DNA from: an uncultured Clostridia bacterium
GTDB lineage: Bacteria > Bacillota > Clostridia > TANB77 > CAG-508
Direction of reading: 5' to 3'
Length of the DNA: 38,427 nt
Assembly: GCA_948528155.1 (NCBI GenBank)
Contig: CAOSZT010000002.1
Location: 1-38,427, forward strand
The position numbers were made by a program, and so were the translations under genes. Shown in pieces: positions 26,862-35,824 of this stretch (position 1 is the first letter of the stretch; every line of letters starts with the position of its first letter). The notes under the pieces were generated by a model. It did not search any database. It was not told where the DNA came from and saw nothing but the letters and a program-made list of their open reading frames with translations.

Positions 26862-26931
26862 GTATACATAACCTTTTGCAAAAACGTTGCAAAATACTGC
26901 AGTATACATTCAGTTTTTAATGTGTTAATAT
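26862..26931 (+). promoter_or_regulatory. TTGCAAAA-box promoter cassette, copy 3
   Basis: GTATACATAACCTTTTGCAAAAACGTTGCAAAATACTGCAGTATACA, 17 nt spacer, TGTTAATAT (hexamer 26926..26931). Confidence 0.65.
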
Positions 26932-26949
26932 TATATCATAGACAAATTG

Positions 26950-26983
26950 GAGAAAGAAGATTTTATTTCTTTCTCTATTTTTT
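26950..26983 (+). terminator. leader hairpin plus T-tract between promoter cassette 3 and the SpoVG-like gene
   Basis: GAGAAAGAA / TTCTTTCTC 9 bp stem, 8 nt loop, then TATTTTTT. A further TTGCAAAA sits at 26985..26992, just before the RBS. Confidence 0.5.
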
Positions 26984-27010
26984 GTTGCAAAAAAAGTAGG
27001 AGGTTTTAAT

Positions 27011-27637
27011 ATGAGTATTAAAGTTAAGTCATTAGGACTTGTAAAAAATGAAGAAATCGAAATAAAGGCAATAGCTTCTTTAGAAGCAGATGGAATAAGA
27101 ATTGATGGAATCAAAATAAACGAAAGTCAAAATGGTAATTTATATTTACAATTTCCAGAAAGAAAATTTAAAAAGAAAGATAGTGAAGAATTAATTACTA
27201 CTAAATTAATGTTTGCAGATAATGAAGTATTTAAGAAGATTAGTGAAACATTAATTAAAGCTTATCAAGATAAGAAAGAAAAAGGAGAATTTGAAATACA
27301 AGAAATAGAAACTTCAAAACAAGGAGTATCAATATCACAAGCTAATCCATTACAAGATCAAAGTAAAAAAACAAAAGCAATGGTTAGTATAGATGTAAAC
27401 GGAATCCACTTAAAAGATATAAGATTAAATGAAAATAATCAAGGGAATTTATATTTGCAATTTCCTAATAAAAAAACAAAAGAAGAAGAATATAAGGATA
27501 TGTTTTATCCAACTAATACAGATCTTAGAAAGCAATTAACAGATGAAGCTATTAATATTTATCAAGAAAAATTGATGGCAAAGGAATTTGATGAATCAGC
27601 AAAAGCTCAAGAAATGGACGAGGGAGAACGAGAATAA
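27011..27637 (+). CDS. tandem SpoVG-domain nucleic-acid-binding protein
   Basis: Two SpoVG-like units: IEIKAIASLEADGIRIDGIKINESQNGNLYLQFPERK... and KAMVSIDVNGIHLKDIRLNENNQGNLYLQFPNKK..YKDMFYPTNTDLRKQLTDEAINIY. Compare B. subtilis SpoVG ..[41 protein letters not shown]..AV...Y, from memory. Confidence 0.65.
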   Translation: MSIKVKSLGLVKNEEIEIKAIASLEADGIRIDGIKINESQNGNLYLQFPERKFKKKDSEELITTKLMFADNEVFKKISETLIKAYQDKKEKGEFEIQEIETSKQGVSISQANPLQDQSKKTKAMVSIDVNGIHLKDIRLNENNQGNLYLQFPNKKTKEEEYKDMFYPTNTDLRKQLTDEAINIYQEKLMAKEFDESAKAQEMDEGERE

Positions 27638-27726
27638 TGACTAATTCTACAAAAATAAAAAATGCAATTGACTTCACAACTACAAGTTTTGGAAATGTAG
27701 ATAAAATAATAGAGGAAGGACAATAG

Positions 27727-27927
27727 ATGAAAAAAGAAATAAACATAGTAGTACAGATATATCCAAAAGAAAAAGTAGTATATATGGCAGAGGAATCATC
27801 ATCAGGAGCGAGTTATAAATTTGATAATATAAATGATTTAACTGAAAGTATAAGTTTTTATTTGAATAATTATTATAAAAATGAAATTGAAGGAACTAAA
27901 GAGGATATTGAACAACAAGAAGTATAA
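27727..27927 (+). CDS. hypothetical small protein (66 aa)
   Basis: GAGGAAGGA RBS. Confidence 0.5.
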   Translation: MKKEINIVVQIYPKEKVVYMAEESSSGASYKFDNINDLTESISFYLNNYYKNEIEGTKEDIEQQEV

Positions 27928-27954
27928 AAAGAATAAAGAGAGGAATAGAGATTT

Positions 27955-28356
27955 ATGAGAAGATTAGAATTATTACAAAGTCCTTTTTATAAGCAAAAAT
28001 TTAAAAATATATATCAGTTACTTTTTAAAGCTGATTTAGAAGATATTACGGATTGTTCATATTGGCATATAAAAAATCCTAGCATAGTTGAAAAAAATCA
28101 ACCATTATGGATTATTGTAGAAAGCAAAATTATAAACAAAAGGATATGGATTACTAAAAATTGTGGAGAACTTAAAATAACAACTGCTAGACTAGATTTA
28201 GATATAGATAGTAGAGAATATCACGAAAGTTATGAAAGAAAAAAATTTAAAAATCAGAGTGAAATGAGTAGTTATTTAGAACAATTATTAGAACCTTGCA
28301 TTAAAGGATATGAACAAGAATTAAAAGAGTGGGAAATGGAAGAGGAAAGAGAATAA
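27955..28356 (+). CDS. hypothetical protein (133 aa)
   Basis: GAGGAA RBS. Acidic tail. Confidence 0.6.
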   Translation: MRRLELLQSPFYKQKFKNIYQLLFKADLEDITDCSYWHIKNPSIVEKNQPLWIIVESKIINKRIWITKNCGELKITTARLDLDIDSREYHESYERKKFKNQSEMSSYLEQLLEPCIKGYEQELKEWEMEEERE

Positions 28357-28397
28357 TTTATATGATTATAAATTGAGATATAAAGGAAGAAAATTAG

Positions 28398-29642
28398 ATG
28401 AATAATGATATAAAAATATCAAGAGTGATAGAAGATAAAGAACTATTAAGAGAATTGAAAATAAGTGAAAAAGATGTATTTAAAGCAATAAAATGTGGAA
28501 TAGAACAAATAGATGAATTACAAAAAATAATAGATGAAGAAAAGGAAAAAGGAACAAGTTTTCAAGAATTAAGCCACAAATTAAAAGGGCAAAATGAAAA
28601 TTTTAATAAAGATGGAATCTATTCACACAATTATTTTGATTTAAACTATGAATCATTATTAGTAACTATATACCAAAATACACAAGAGAATAGATTTGAA
28701 GTTGATAAAAGTGATGTATATATTTATCCAGATAATATTAGTAAAGTTTCAACAGAGGAATTGTTTGTTTTAGATTTAAGAAAGCCAATCAATATAGAGA
28801 AGTTTCAAGAATATATTACTGAAGATATAGAAAAAGTATTATTAAAGAACTATTATTCTGATATTAAAGATATAAGTAATATATACATAATTGCTTATGC
28901 TTTAAATACTAAAAGTAATTTTGCAAACAAATATATAAGAAAAGGAAAACTAACAGAAGAAAATTTTCAAAAAGTATTTAAAGAAGGAAAAGATATATTT
29001 AACACAAAAGAATGTTCAGAGTTTAAAATAGCAATGTTTAATGGAGAAAATAATCAATTTATATGTGAATATTCTTTTGATGGTTACAATTTTGAAAAAC
29101 AAATTAGCAATAATATATTTGAAGCACCTAAATTAGTAAGCTGTTTAACAGATAATGAATTATTAAATAAGAGAAGGAATAAGGAAAAATTTTGCACTAA
29201 ACAAATAATAGATAAATGTTTATTAAATGATTATAAAAGTATAAATGAAATACCAGATATAGAAATCCATACAAAGATTAGTTCTAATAAATATATACAA
29301 GAAAAAGAAGTGGAATTTGAAGATGGAATTTTAATACAAAATGGAGTTATAAATGCACTAACAACATTAGACGCAGGTCAAATAGAGAAAAATTTTGGAT
29401 TAAAAGAATTGAATTATGATGAGGATTATTATGACGCTTATTTAGATTATGATAGTAAAAATGATAGTTGTGAAATAACGATTGTAGCTGTTACAGATGA
29501 TAGTAGGCATTATTATACATATTTACCTAAATCAGAAGAAAAAGAAATGTTAAGAAAATCATTAGAAGAATATGTTAAATCAATTGAAGGAAAAAATTTA
29601 AAAGATTTATTTGAAGAAATAGAAGAAATAGAGCAAGAATAA
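28398..29642 (+). CDS. hypothetical protein (414 aa)
   Basis: AAGGAAG RBS, long ORF, acidic tail. Confidence 0.7.
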   Translation: MNNDIKISRVIEDKELLRELKISEKDVFKAIKCGIEQIDELQKIIDEEKEKGTSFQELSHKLKGQNENFNKDGIYSHNYFDLNYESLLVTIYQNTQENRFEVDKSDVYIYPDNISKVSTEELFVLDLRKPINIEKFQEYITEDIEKVLLKNYYSDIKDISNIYIIAYALNTKSNFANKYIRKGKLTEENFQKVFKEGKDIFNTKECSEFKIAMFNGENNQFICEYSFDGYNFEKQISNNIFEAPKLVSCLTDNELLNKRRNKEKFCTKQIIDKCLLNDYKSINEIPDIEIHTKISSNKYIQEKEVEFEDGILIQNGVINALTTLDAGQIEKNFGLKELNYDEDYYDAYLDYDSKNDSCEITIVAVTDDSRHYYTYLPKSEEKEMLRKSLEEYVKSIEGKNLKDLFEEIEEIEQE

Positions 29643-29677
29643 AGACAACACAAAAAATGAACTATAAGGAGATACAA

Positions 29678-30487
29678 ATGGAGAAAGATATTAAAGAACA
29701 AATTAATATAATTAATGCAAAAGAAGATATAAAAAAATTAGATCTGCTATATAGAAAAATATTAGATACTGATTTTAGTAATGAAAAATCAATTAGTTTA
29801 AAAGAGGATATTGCAAGTCAAATAGATAGAAAAATAGTTGAACTAATGAAAGAATATCATATATCCAATGAAGAATATTCAGAATTAATCTTTGAAAATA
29901 GAGATTATAAAAAAATAGAGAAAAGAACACAGCAAATGGCAGAAGATAGATACAATATGATATGGGAAAATTGCTCTTCAAAAGAAATTGTAGATATATT
30001 AAGAAACAGCTATTCTTATACTGATGAAGAAATAATAGAAGAATTTGTTGATGAAGAAGTTCGAGAAGAAATAGAAAACTATTTATTAGAATTAACAGAA
30101 AGAGAAGAAGCTCCTAAAAATGTAATGTTAGATAATGGATATACTTTCGTATTTGAAAATGGATATTATTTTTCTAAAATGAAAGAGATTTGTGAATATA
30201 GTCAAGATTTTGCAAGGATTCCAAATGGAAAAGAATTTGCAATTATCACTAATGCAGAAGTTACTAAAGAAGCTTTTTTAGTAAAGTGCGATCATAATAT
30301 AGAAATTGTATTTAATTTTCTAAATCAAAATTCAAACGAAATGGAAACCTACAAAACTAATGTATTTAATATGAACAAAATCAATTCTAAAGAAGAATTA
30401 ATAGAAAAAATGAAAGAAAATTTAGAAAAATTTGAAAAAGAATACAATAAATTAGAACAAGACGAAGAAAATATGGAGGTTGAATAA
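29678..30487 (+). CDS. hypothetical protein (269 aa from ATG 29678; ORF track start 29657)
   Basis: AAGGAG at 29666..29671 is 6 nt upstream of ATG 29678. ATG 29657 lacks an RBS. Confidence 0.65.
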   Translation: MEKDIKEQINIINAKEDIKKLDLLYRKILDTDFSNEKSISLKEDIASQIDRKIVELMKEYHISNEEYSELIFENRDYKKIEKRTQQMAEDRYNMIWENCSSKEIVDILRNSYSYTDEEIIEEFVDEEVREEIENYLLELTEREEAPKNVMLDNGYTFVFENGYYFSKMKEICEYSQDFARIPNGKEFAIITNAEVTKEAFLVKCDHNIEIVFNFLNQNSNEMETYKTNVFNMNKINSKEELIEKMKENLEKFEKEYNKLEQDEENMEVE

Positions 30488-30500
30488 CCAGGAGGAGTAA

Positions 30501-31340
30501 ATGGGATCTGATTATATAAAAAATTTAAGAATAGATATAAAAAATAATATGATGACTGCAGATATTGCAGATATGAAAAGCTATCCTATTACTTTTGATA
30601 ATGTAGAACTTTATAAGAAGAAAGAAAGCTTTGAAGAAAAATATAGTGCGTTAATATTTGATATTGTTTCAGGTATGCTACATTTTACAAATAGCTCTCA
30701 CAAACTTGCTAAGTTAGGTTTTGGAGAAAAAACAGCTGTTGAACTTAAAAATTACTATGATGATTATAGAGTATTAGGTTCAATCGGTGTTTATAAAAAA
30801 TACGAGAATAAAATAAATCAGATATTAAATAATGGAATTGAGGGAAGAAAGCTTGAAATTATTCCATCAGAAGTGGAACTACACTATAAAATGGAAACTT
30901 TACCTAACAGGAGTTTTAAAGATATAAGCAAATTATTTTATTCCCTTGAATCAATTACAGAGAATAATAGTCTATCAATTAGAGAAAAGAAACATTTGTA
31001 TGAAGAAATGATAAATAAAGAATTAAGTGAAGAAGATAGGAAAAAACCTTTATTTATTCAGTATAACAAAGATAATCCAGACATAATTGTTTCTGTATAT
31101 CCAATTATAAAAAAGAATACATACAAAGATGATGTATTTTTAACCTATTATTTTGATATTAAAAACTTGAAAACTAATTATGAAAAAATTTATGACGATA
31201 TTGGAATGATGATTAGTTATATTTTAGATGATGAATTAATGACTAAACAGGTTTTGCACGGAATGGAGCAACAATTTATAGAAGATGAAAGAAAAGAAAA
31301 AAATAAATATATTGAGGAAGAAAATTGTGAATTACTTTAA
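30501..31340 (+). CDS. hypothetical protein (279 aa)
   Basis: AGGAGG RBS. Confidence 0.7.
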   Translation: MGSDYIKNLRIDIKNNMMTADIADMKSYPITFDNVELYKKKESFEEKYSALIFDIVSGMLHFTNSSHKLAKLGFGEKTAVELKNYYDDYRVLGSIGVYKKYENKINQILNNGIEGRKLEIIPSEVELHYKMETLPNRSFKDISKLFYSLESITENNSLSIREKKHLYEEMINKELSEEDRKKPLFIQYNKDNPDIIVSVYPIIKKNTYKDDVFLTYYFDIKNLKTNYEKIYDDIGMMISYILDDELMTKQVLHGMEQQFIEDERKEKNKYIEEENCELL

Positions 31341-31357
31341 AACAGGAGGAAACAAAT

Positions 31358-31996
31358 ATGGATTTACATTATGAAATTGAAAAATATGACTTTACATTAG
31401 AAGAAAATTTACAACAATGGGAAACAATAAAAAAATTAAAACCAAAAGAAATGAATGAGTTAATATTCCAAAATATGATACAACAAGCAAGATTAGATAA
31501 CAAGATGATAAGTAGTTTTGACAACAATAATGTATTACAATGTAAAAATTTAATATATATGGGAGCAAATAAACAATATTTATATGATTATGTTTCTGGA
31601 ATTGGTGGTCGTAAATTAACAATGGTACAAGGTTGGTTACTAGAAGATTTGCATAATATACGAAAAGAAAAGCATTACCCATATGTATATGATAGGGAAA
31701 TTTCGGATATAAGAATTATTAATAAAAATGAATATAAAACATTACTTGATAAATTTGAGAAAAAGGAAGAATTTTCGTTTGATGAAAAAGATTGTTTCTT
31801 ATTAGAAGAATATGAAGATGGTAGAAAAATGTATATTGCAATAGATAATTCTACAAGCAATATGTGGGTAGAAGAATTTTTAGAAAAAGAAACAGCTGAA
31901 AGATATTTAAAAGGAGAAAATATTGATAAATTAAGAGAAGAAATGATTTCAGAAGATAAAGCTTCAGAAACAGAAGAAATAGGAGAGCAAGAATAA
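31358..31996 (+). CDS. hypothetical protein (212 aa)
   Basis: AGGAGG RBS. Its stop directly abuts the methyltransferase start. Confidence 0.7.
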   Translation: MDLHYEIEKYDFTLEENLQQWETIKKLKPKEMNELIFQNMIQQARLDNKMISSFDNNNVLQCKNLIYMGANKQYLYDYVSGIGGRKLTMVQGWLLEDLHNIRKEKHYPYVYDREISDIRIINKNEYKTLLDKFEKKEEFSFDEKDCFLLEEYEDGRKMYIAIDNSTSNMWVEEFLEKETAERYLKGENIDKLREEMISEDKASETEEIGEQE

Positions 31997-32755
31997 ATGA
32001 AGATAGATATAAAATTAGGGGATTGCATAAAATTAATGAATGATATTGAAGATAGTTCAATTGATTTAATTTTATGCGATTTGCCTTTTCAAAAGACAAA
32101 AAATGAATGGGATAAGATAATACCTTATGAAGAACTTTGGAAGCAATATAATCGAATTATAAAGGAAAATGGAGCTATCGTTTTATTTAGTCAAGGATCT
32201 TTCTATATTGATTTAGTAAATAGCAATAGAAAGTATTTTAGATATGATTTAATTTGGGATAAACAACTAACAACAGGATTTTTAAATAGTAATAAACAAC
32301 CATTACGAAAACACGAACAGATTGCAATATTTTACAAAAAACAACCTACATATAATCCTATCTTTAGAGAAGGTAAGCCATTGCATAGCAAAGGTATATC
32401 TTATAAAACAGCTAATATAAAAAATAATAATTATGGAAAATTTGATATGTTAGATGATTATAGACAAGGAAGTACAAAGAAATATCCTACATCTATAATA
32501 TCAATACAAAAAGTACACCCTTCTAAAACAATACACCCTACTGAAAAACCACTTGAATTAATTCAATACTTAGTAGAAACATATACTAATCCAGGAGAAA
32601 AAGTTTTAGATAATTGTATGGGATCTGGAACAACAGCAATAGCCTGTTTAAATTGTGCAAGAAATTTCATTGGAATTGAAATAAATGAAAACTACTATAA
32701 CCTAGCAAGTGAGAGAATATATAAAACAATTTTTAAGGAGAAAAGAAATGATTGA
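31997..32755 (+). CDS. beta-class N6-adenine / N4-cytosine DNA methyltransferase, no cognate endonuclease seen in the window
   Basis: Motif order IV then I. IDLILCDLPF (a variant of D/S/N-PP-Y/F), HPTEKP, VLDNCMGSGTTAIACLNCARNFIGIEINENYY. Confidence 0.85.
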   Translation: MKIDIKLGDCIKLMNDIEDSSIDLILCDLPFQKTKNEWDKIIPYEELWKQYNRIIKENGAIVLFSQGSFYIDLVNSNRKYFRYDLIWDKQLTTGFLNSNKQPLRKHEQIAIFYKKQPTYNPIFREGKPLHSKGISYKTANIKNNNYGKFDMLDDYRQGSTKKYPTSIISIQKVHPSKTIHPTEKPLELIQYLVETYTNPGEKVLDNCMGSGTTAIACLNCARNFIGIEINENYYNLASERIYKTIFKEKRND

Positions 32756-33539
32756 AATTATAGAAAAAGAATCTTTTAGAATTGAAGAAGCTATTACTTA
32801 TCCTTTTGTAATAACACCTGTTGTAATGATAAAAGATGGAAGGGAAATATATATAAGAAATAAAAGATATGGAGATAAAGAGTATGAAAGAACAATGAAT
32901 ATACTAAAAATTAGTGATGGAAAATATACAGTTATGTATGGTCTATATGATGATCCATTTGATATGCTTCAAGATATAGCACAAACAAAGAAAGTAATAA
33001 AAAAAGATTTTAAAGAAATATTTGATATTAGTGAATCAGATGGAGATTTTACAGATTTTGTAGGAAGTACATATCCTCTTTATTCAATTTTTAATTATAG
33101 AATTTATGATAATGTGCTATTACAAGATATAAAGGGAATTGTAGAACTGATAAATAGAAAGGAATGGAATATGGCAAAATCTGAAATTGAAGATAAAAGA
33201 AGTAAATATAAAGAAATAATTAAAAATAGAGAAGATAATACCTTAGGATTAGATTTTTATAAATTTTATGAATTAATTGATAAACAATTGGAAGGTGTAA
33301 AACAGAGTTCTAACTATAAAATTTTTAAAAAAGATGTTGAAATATTAAAAGATGCTAATACTGGTACAGGCTTATCTTCTATTACAGCAAATAAGTGGTT
33401 AAAACATATATGTAATTTAAGTGAAGTTGAACTTAAAGAATATGTAGATAATTATAAACAAGGACTGCTAGATCCATATTTTTATGAAAAACAAAATCAA
33501 TCTCTTGAGGAAATGGAGAATGAAGAAATAGAACAATAA
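32749..33539 (+). CDS. hypothetical protein, paralogue A (263 aa from ATG 32749; ORF track start 32709)
   Basis: AAGGAG RBS. ATGA overlap with the methyltransferase stop. Shares MIEIIEKESF, VMIKDGREIYIRNKR, GDFTDFVG, SIFNYRIYD and IKGIVELINRKEWNMAKSEI with ORF 33571. Confidence 0.65.
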
Positions 33540-33570
33540 AAGTTATAAAATGTATTAGTTGGAGGTATAA

Positions 33571-34086
33571 ATGATTGATTTTATTGAGAAAGAACCTTTT
33601 GAAACTTATGATAGTTGGAATGATTGTAAAAGTTTACTGTACCCTAATGTAATGGTAAAAGATGGGAAAGAATATTTTATTAAGAATAGACGAGAAACAG
33701 ACTACGATTTTGATGTTATTAGAGGCGTTTCAAAATTAATAGATCAACTAAAAGAAAATAATGGTATTTATGCTACGTTTTATGGTTGTAATATACAAAT
33801 TACAGATTTTCTTAATCTCATAATAGAACATCATTATTCTTTTTGTAAAGATAAAGTATTTGATGAAAATAGAGAAGGAAATTTTATAGATTTTCACGGA
33901 AATCTTAATGAAATATCATCAGTATTTATGTATAGAATGTATGATAGTCAATTAATAGAAGAAATAAAAGAAATTGTGGAACTTATTAATAATAAAGAAT
34001 GGGAAAAAGCAGAAAGTAAAATTCAGATAATAGAAGAGTGTTATAAACAAATAGAACAAGAAGAAGGAGAAGAAATGGAACAATAA
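33571..34086 (+). CDS. hypothetical protein, paralogue B (171 aa)
   Basis: GGAGG RBS. MIDFIEKEPF, VMVKDGKEYFIKNRR, GNFIDFHG, SVFMYRMYD and IKEIVELINNKEWEKAESKI align with ORF 32749. Confidence 0.65.
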   Translation: MIDFIEKEPFETYDSWNDCKSLLYPNVMVKDGKEYFIKNRRETDYDFDVIRGVSKLIDQLKENNGIYATFYGCNIQITDFLNLIIEHHYSFCKDKVFDENREGNFIDFHGNLNEISSVFMYRMYDSQLIEEIKEIVELINNKEWEKAESKIQIIEECYKQIEQEEGEEMEQ

Positions 34087-34109
34087 AGTAGTATAAAGAA
34101 GGTAATTGT

Positions 34110-34655
34110 ATGGAAGATAAAGATAAAAGAAATCAAGAACTTTTTATAGTAGGACAGGCTTTTTTACATACAGGAATAAGAGAAGTCGAAGATATTTTAG
34201 AAAGATACATAACAACAGCTACATATTATAACGATTCTTATACAGTTAGTTTATTAAAAAAAGCACAACAAGATATATCAAAAATTAAAGATACAATGGA
34301 TAAAGATAGAGAAGAAGCTTTAAAACAAAAAGAACCTCATATATTTGTATATTCAGGAAAAATTATAAAAGTGTATGATACAACAACTAAATGTGAATTT
34401 TGTGTAAAAAAAGATTATATAAATGACGAATTAGTTGAAATACAGGGGATATGCTTAGAATTTGAAAAAAGTCAAATTACAGAAATCGATCAAGAACAAT
34501 GTCAAATGGTAGAAGAAGTATATTGCGAAAGTGATAATAAATTATACCAATTGGCAATTAAGGAATTTAACAATAGAGATTATGGAAAAGTATTATATGA
34601 AAATATCAAGAATAGCTTTCTAGTTCTAAAAAAAGAGGAAGTTTTAGAAAGATAA
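34110..34655 (+). CDS. hypothetical protein (181 aa)
   Basis: GAAGGT RBS. Confidence 0.6.
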   Translation: MEDKDKRNQELFIVGQAFLHTGIREVEDILERYITTATYYNDSYTVSLLKKAQQDISKIKDTMDKDREEALKQKEPHIFVYSGKIIKVYDTTTKCEFCVKKDYINDELVEIQGICLEFEKSQITEIDQEQCQMVEEVYCESDNKLYQLAIKEFNNRDYGKVLYENIKNSFLVLKKEEVLER

Positions 34656-34685
34656 TTATATTTTATTATTTGGGAGGAAATAACA

Positions 34686-35021
34686 ATGAAAGAAATAAAT
34701 CAAGAAATAGTGAATAAAGGTAAAAATGCTGTTCAAAAATTACTAAAAGATATATTTAAGAATTATGATACAACAGTAAAATCACGTTTAGATAGAATAG
34801 AATATAAAAAATCAATTTACAATAGTAAAGCGTGGTTAGAGAAAGAAATTGATAATTTAGGTTATTCAGATTTATTAAGTTGTATGCTTGATATAGAAGA
34901 TGAATTTGAAGGTATAAAAGATTTTATTGATGAAAAACTAAATCAAATAGATATATTTAAACAGCAATATATGGATATACAGGAAGATAAAACGGAAGAG
35001 GAAGAGGAAGAAGAAAGATAA
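34686..35021 (+). CDS. hypothetical protein (111 aa) ending in TEEEEEEER
   Basis: GGGAGG RBS. Last gene of the array. Confidence 0.6.
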   Translation: MKEINQEIVNKGKNAVQKLLKDIFKNYDTTVKSRLDRIEYKKSIYNSKAWLEKEIDNLGYSDLLSCMLDIEDEFEGIKDFIDEKLNQIDIFKQQYMDIQEDKTEEEEEEER

Positions 35022-35127
35022 TTAAACAATTATTTTATTTCTAATTAATAGAACAATACAAAATTTGATTGCTAGACTAAAAGTTATTTTTATGATAAGA
35101 TAAATAAAAAGGAATAGGAGCAATAAA

Positions 35128-35484
35128 ATGGCAAAGTATGTTGTTAATGATGATATTAAAAATCAGATTTTAGATTTATATTTCAATAAAAATGAAACTA
35201 TGAAAAAAATAAGTGAAACAGTAGGTATAACTAGAAATACTATTAGTAACATCTTGCACCAGGATAATAGATTCTTTATCAAAAGAAAAATAATAAAAGA
35301 AGAAAGATTAAAAAAGCCACAAAGAAGGAAGTTGATTTTTAATAAAAATGGTCAAACGTATAATATAAAGATTAGTTTGCCTTATGATTACATAGAAAAA
35401 CTAGGATTTAATATTAGTAATAGAATTGCAAACGTAGAATTAGATGAAAAAAATGATCAAATCATTATATATAAAGAAAAGTAA
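35128..35484 (+). CDS. DNA-binding regulator: N-terminal HTH plus C-terminal AbrB/SpoVT-like domain (tentative)
   Basis: NETMKKISETVGITRNTISNILHQ (HTH). YNIKISLPYDYIEKLGFNISNRIANVELDEKNDQIIIYKE resembles a swapped-hairpin AbrB-type module. Confidence 0.5.
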   Translation: MAKYVVNDDIKNQILDLYFNKNETMKKISETVGITRNTISNILHQDNRFFIKRKIIKEERLKKPQRRKLIFNKNGQTYNIKISLPYDYIEKLGFNISNRIANVELDEKNDQIIIYKEK

Positions 35485-35513
35485 AAAGGAATTTTATACT
35501 TGAAAATACTGCA

Positions 35514-35560
35514 GTTTATATTTCTTAAAATTTTTGAGAAATATAAACTATTTTTTTATT
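35514..35560 (+). terminator. rho-independent terminator
   Basis: Perfect 12 bp stem GTTTATATTTCT / AGAAATATAAAC, 11 nt loop, then TATTTTTTTATT. Preceded by a degenerate box fragment AAAATACTGCAG (35503..35514). Confidence 0.8.
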
Positions 35561-35632
35561 GAAAGATATACTAAAAAATAAATGTATGATATAATACAAG
35601 TGATATTAGTTATAAAAAAGAGGGAGAAAGAA

Positions 35633-35824
35633 ATGAAGTTTGATAAAAAGGAAGTAAATTTATTACAAGAAGCAGGAGCTAATGCTGAAGAAGGAAAGGA
35701 ATATACAGAAGAAGAGTTAAAAGTATTTGGGAATGAAGTTATATCATATATTATGAACCATAGTAAAAATGAAATTTCAAAGGTAAGAAATAAGTATAAT
35801 GTATTATTGCAAAAAATAGATTAG
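35633..35824 (+). CDS. hypothetical small protein (63 aa from ATG 35633; ORF track start 35582)
   Basis: GGGAGAAAG RBS directly upstream of ATG 35633. The upstream extension lacks an RBS. Confidence 0.45.
   Translation: MKFDKKEVNLLQEAGANAEEGKEYTEEELKVFGNEVISYIMNHSKNEISKVRNKYNVLLQKID

Noticed and set aside
2669-32099. All minus-strand ORFs in the track except 2269..2511. Examples: 2669..2917, 3478..3741, 3828..4096, 4888..5172, 7115..7375, 8038..8256, 14052..14255, 14892..15089, 16085..16721, 18033..18975, 19299..19830, 21795..22022, 23122..23319, 24491..24754, 26917..27114, 27552..27746, 29513..29981, 31392..32099.
   Set aside because: Each lies antisense inside a longer + strand ORF that has an RBS and operon context. 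Their translations are L/F/S/I-rich low-complexity strings, as expected from the reverse complement of purine-rich A/G coding sequence. No RBS was seen.
4910-35021. Explaining the acidic C-termini purely as embedded Shine-Dalgarno sequences for translational coupling.
   Set aside because: This is true for many junctions (GAGGAG read as Glu-Glu). It fails for tails followed by 20-100 nt spacers with a separate SD (ends at 9006, 9348, 12659, 20924, 27637, 28356, 35021). It was therefore kept as a finding rather than dismissed.
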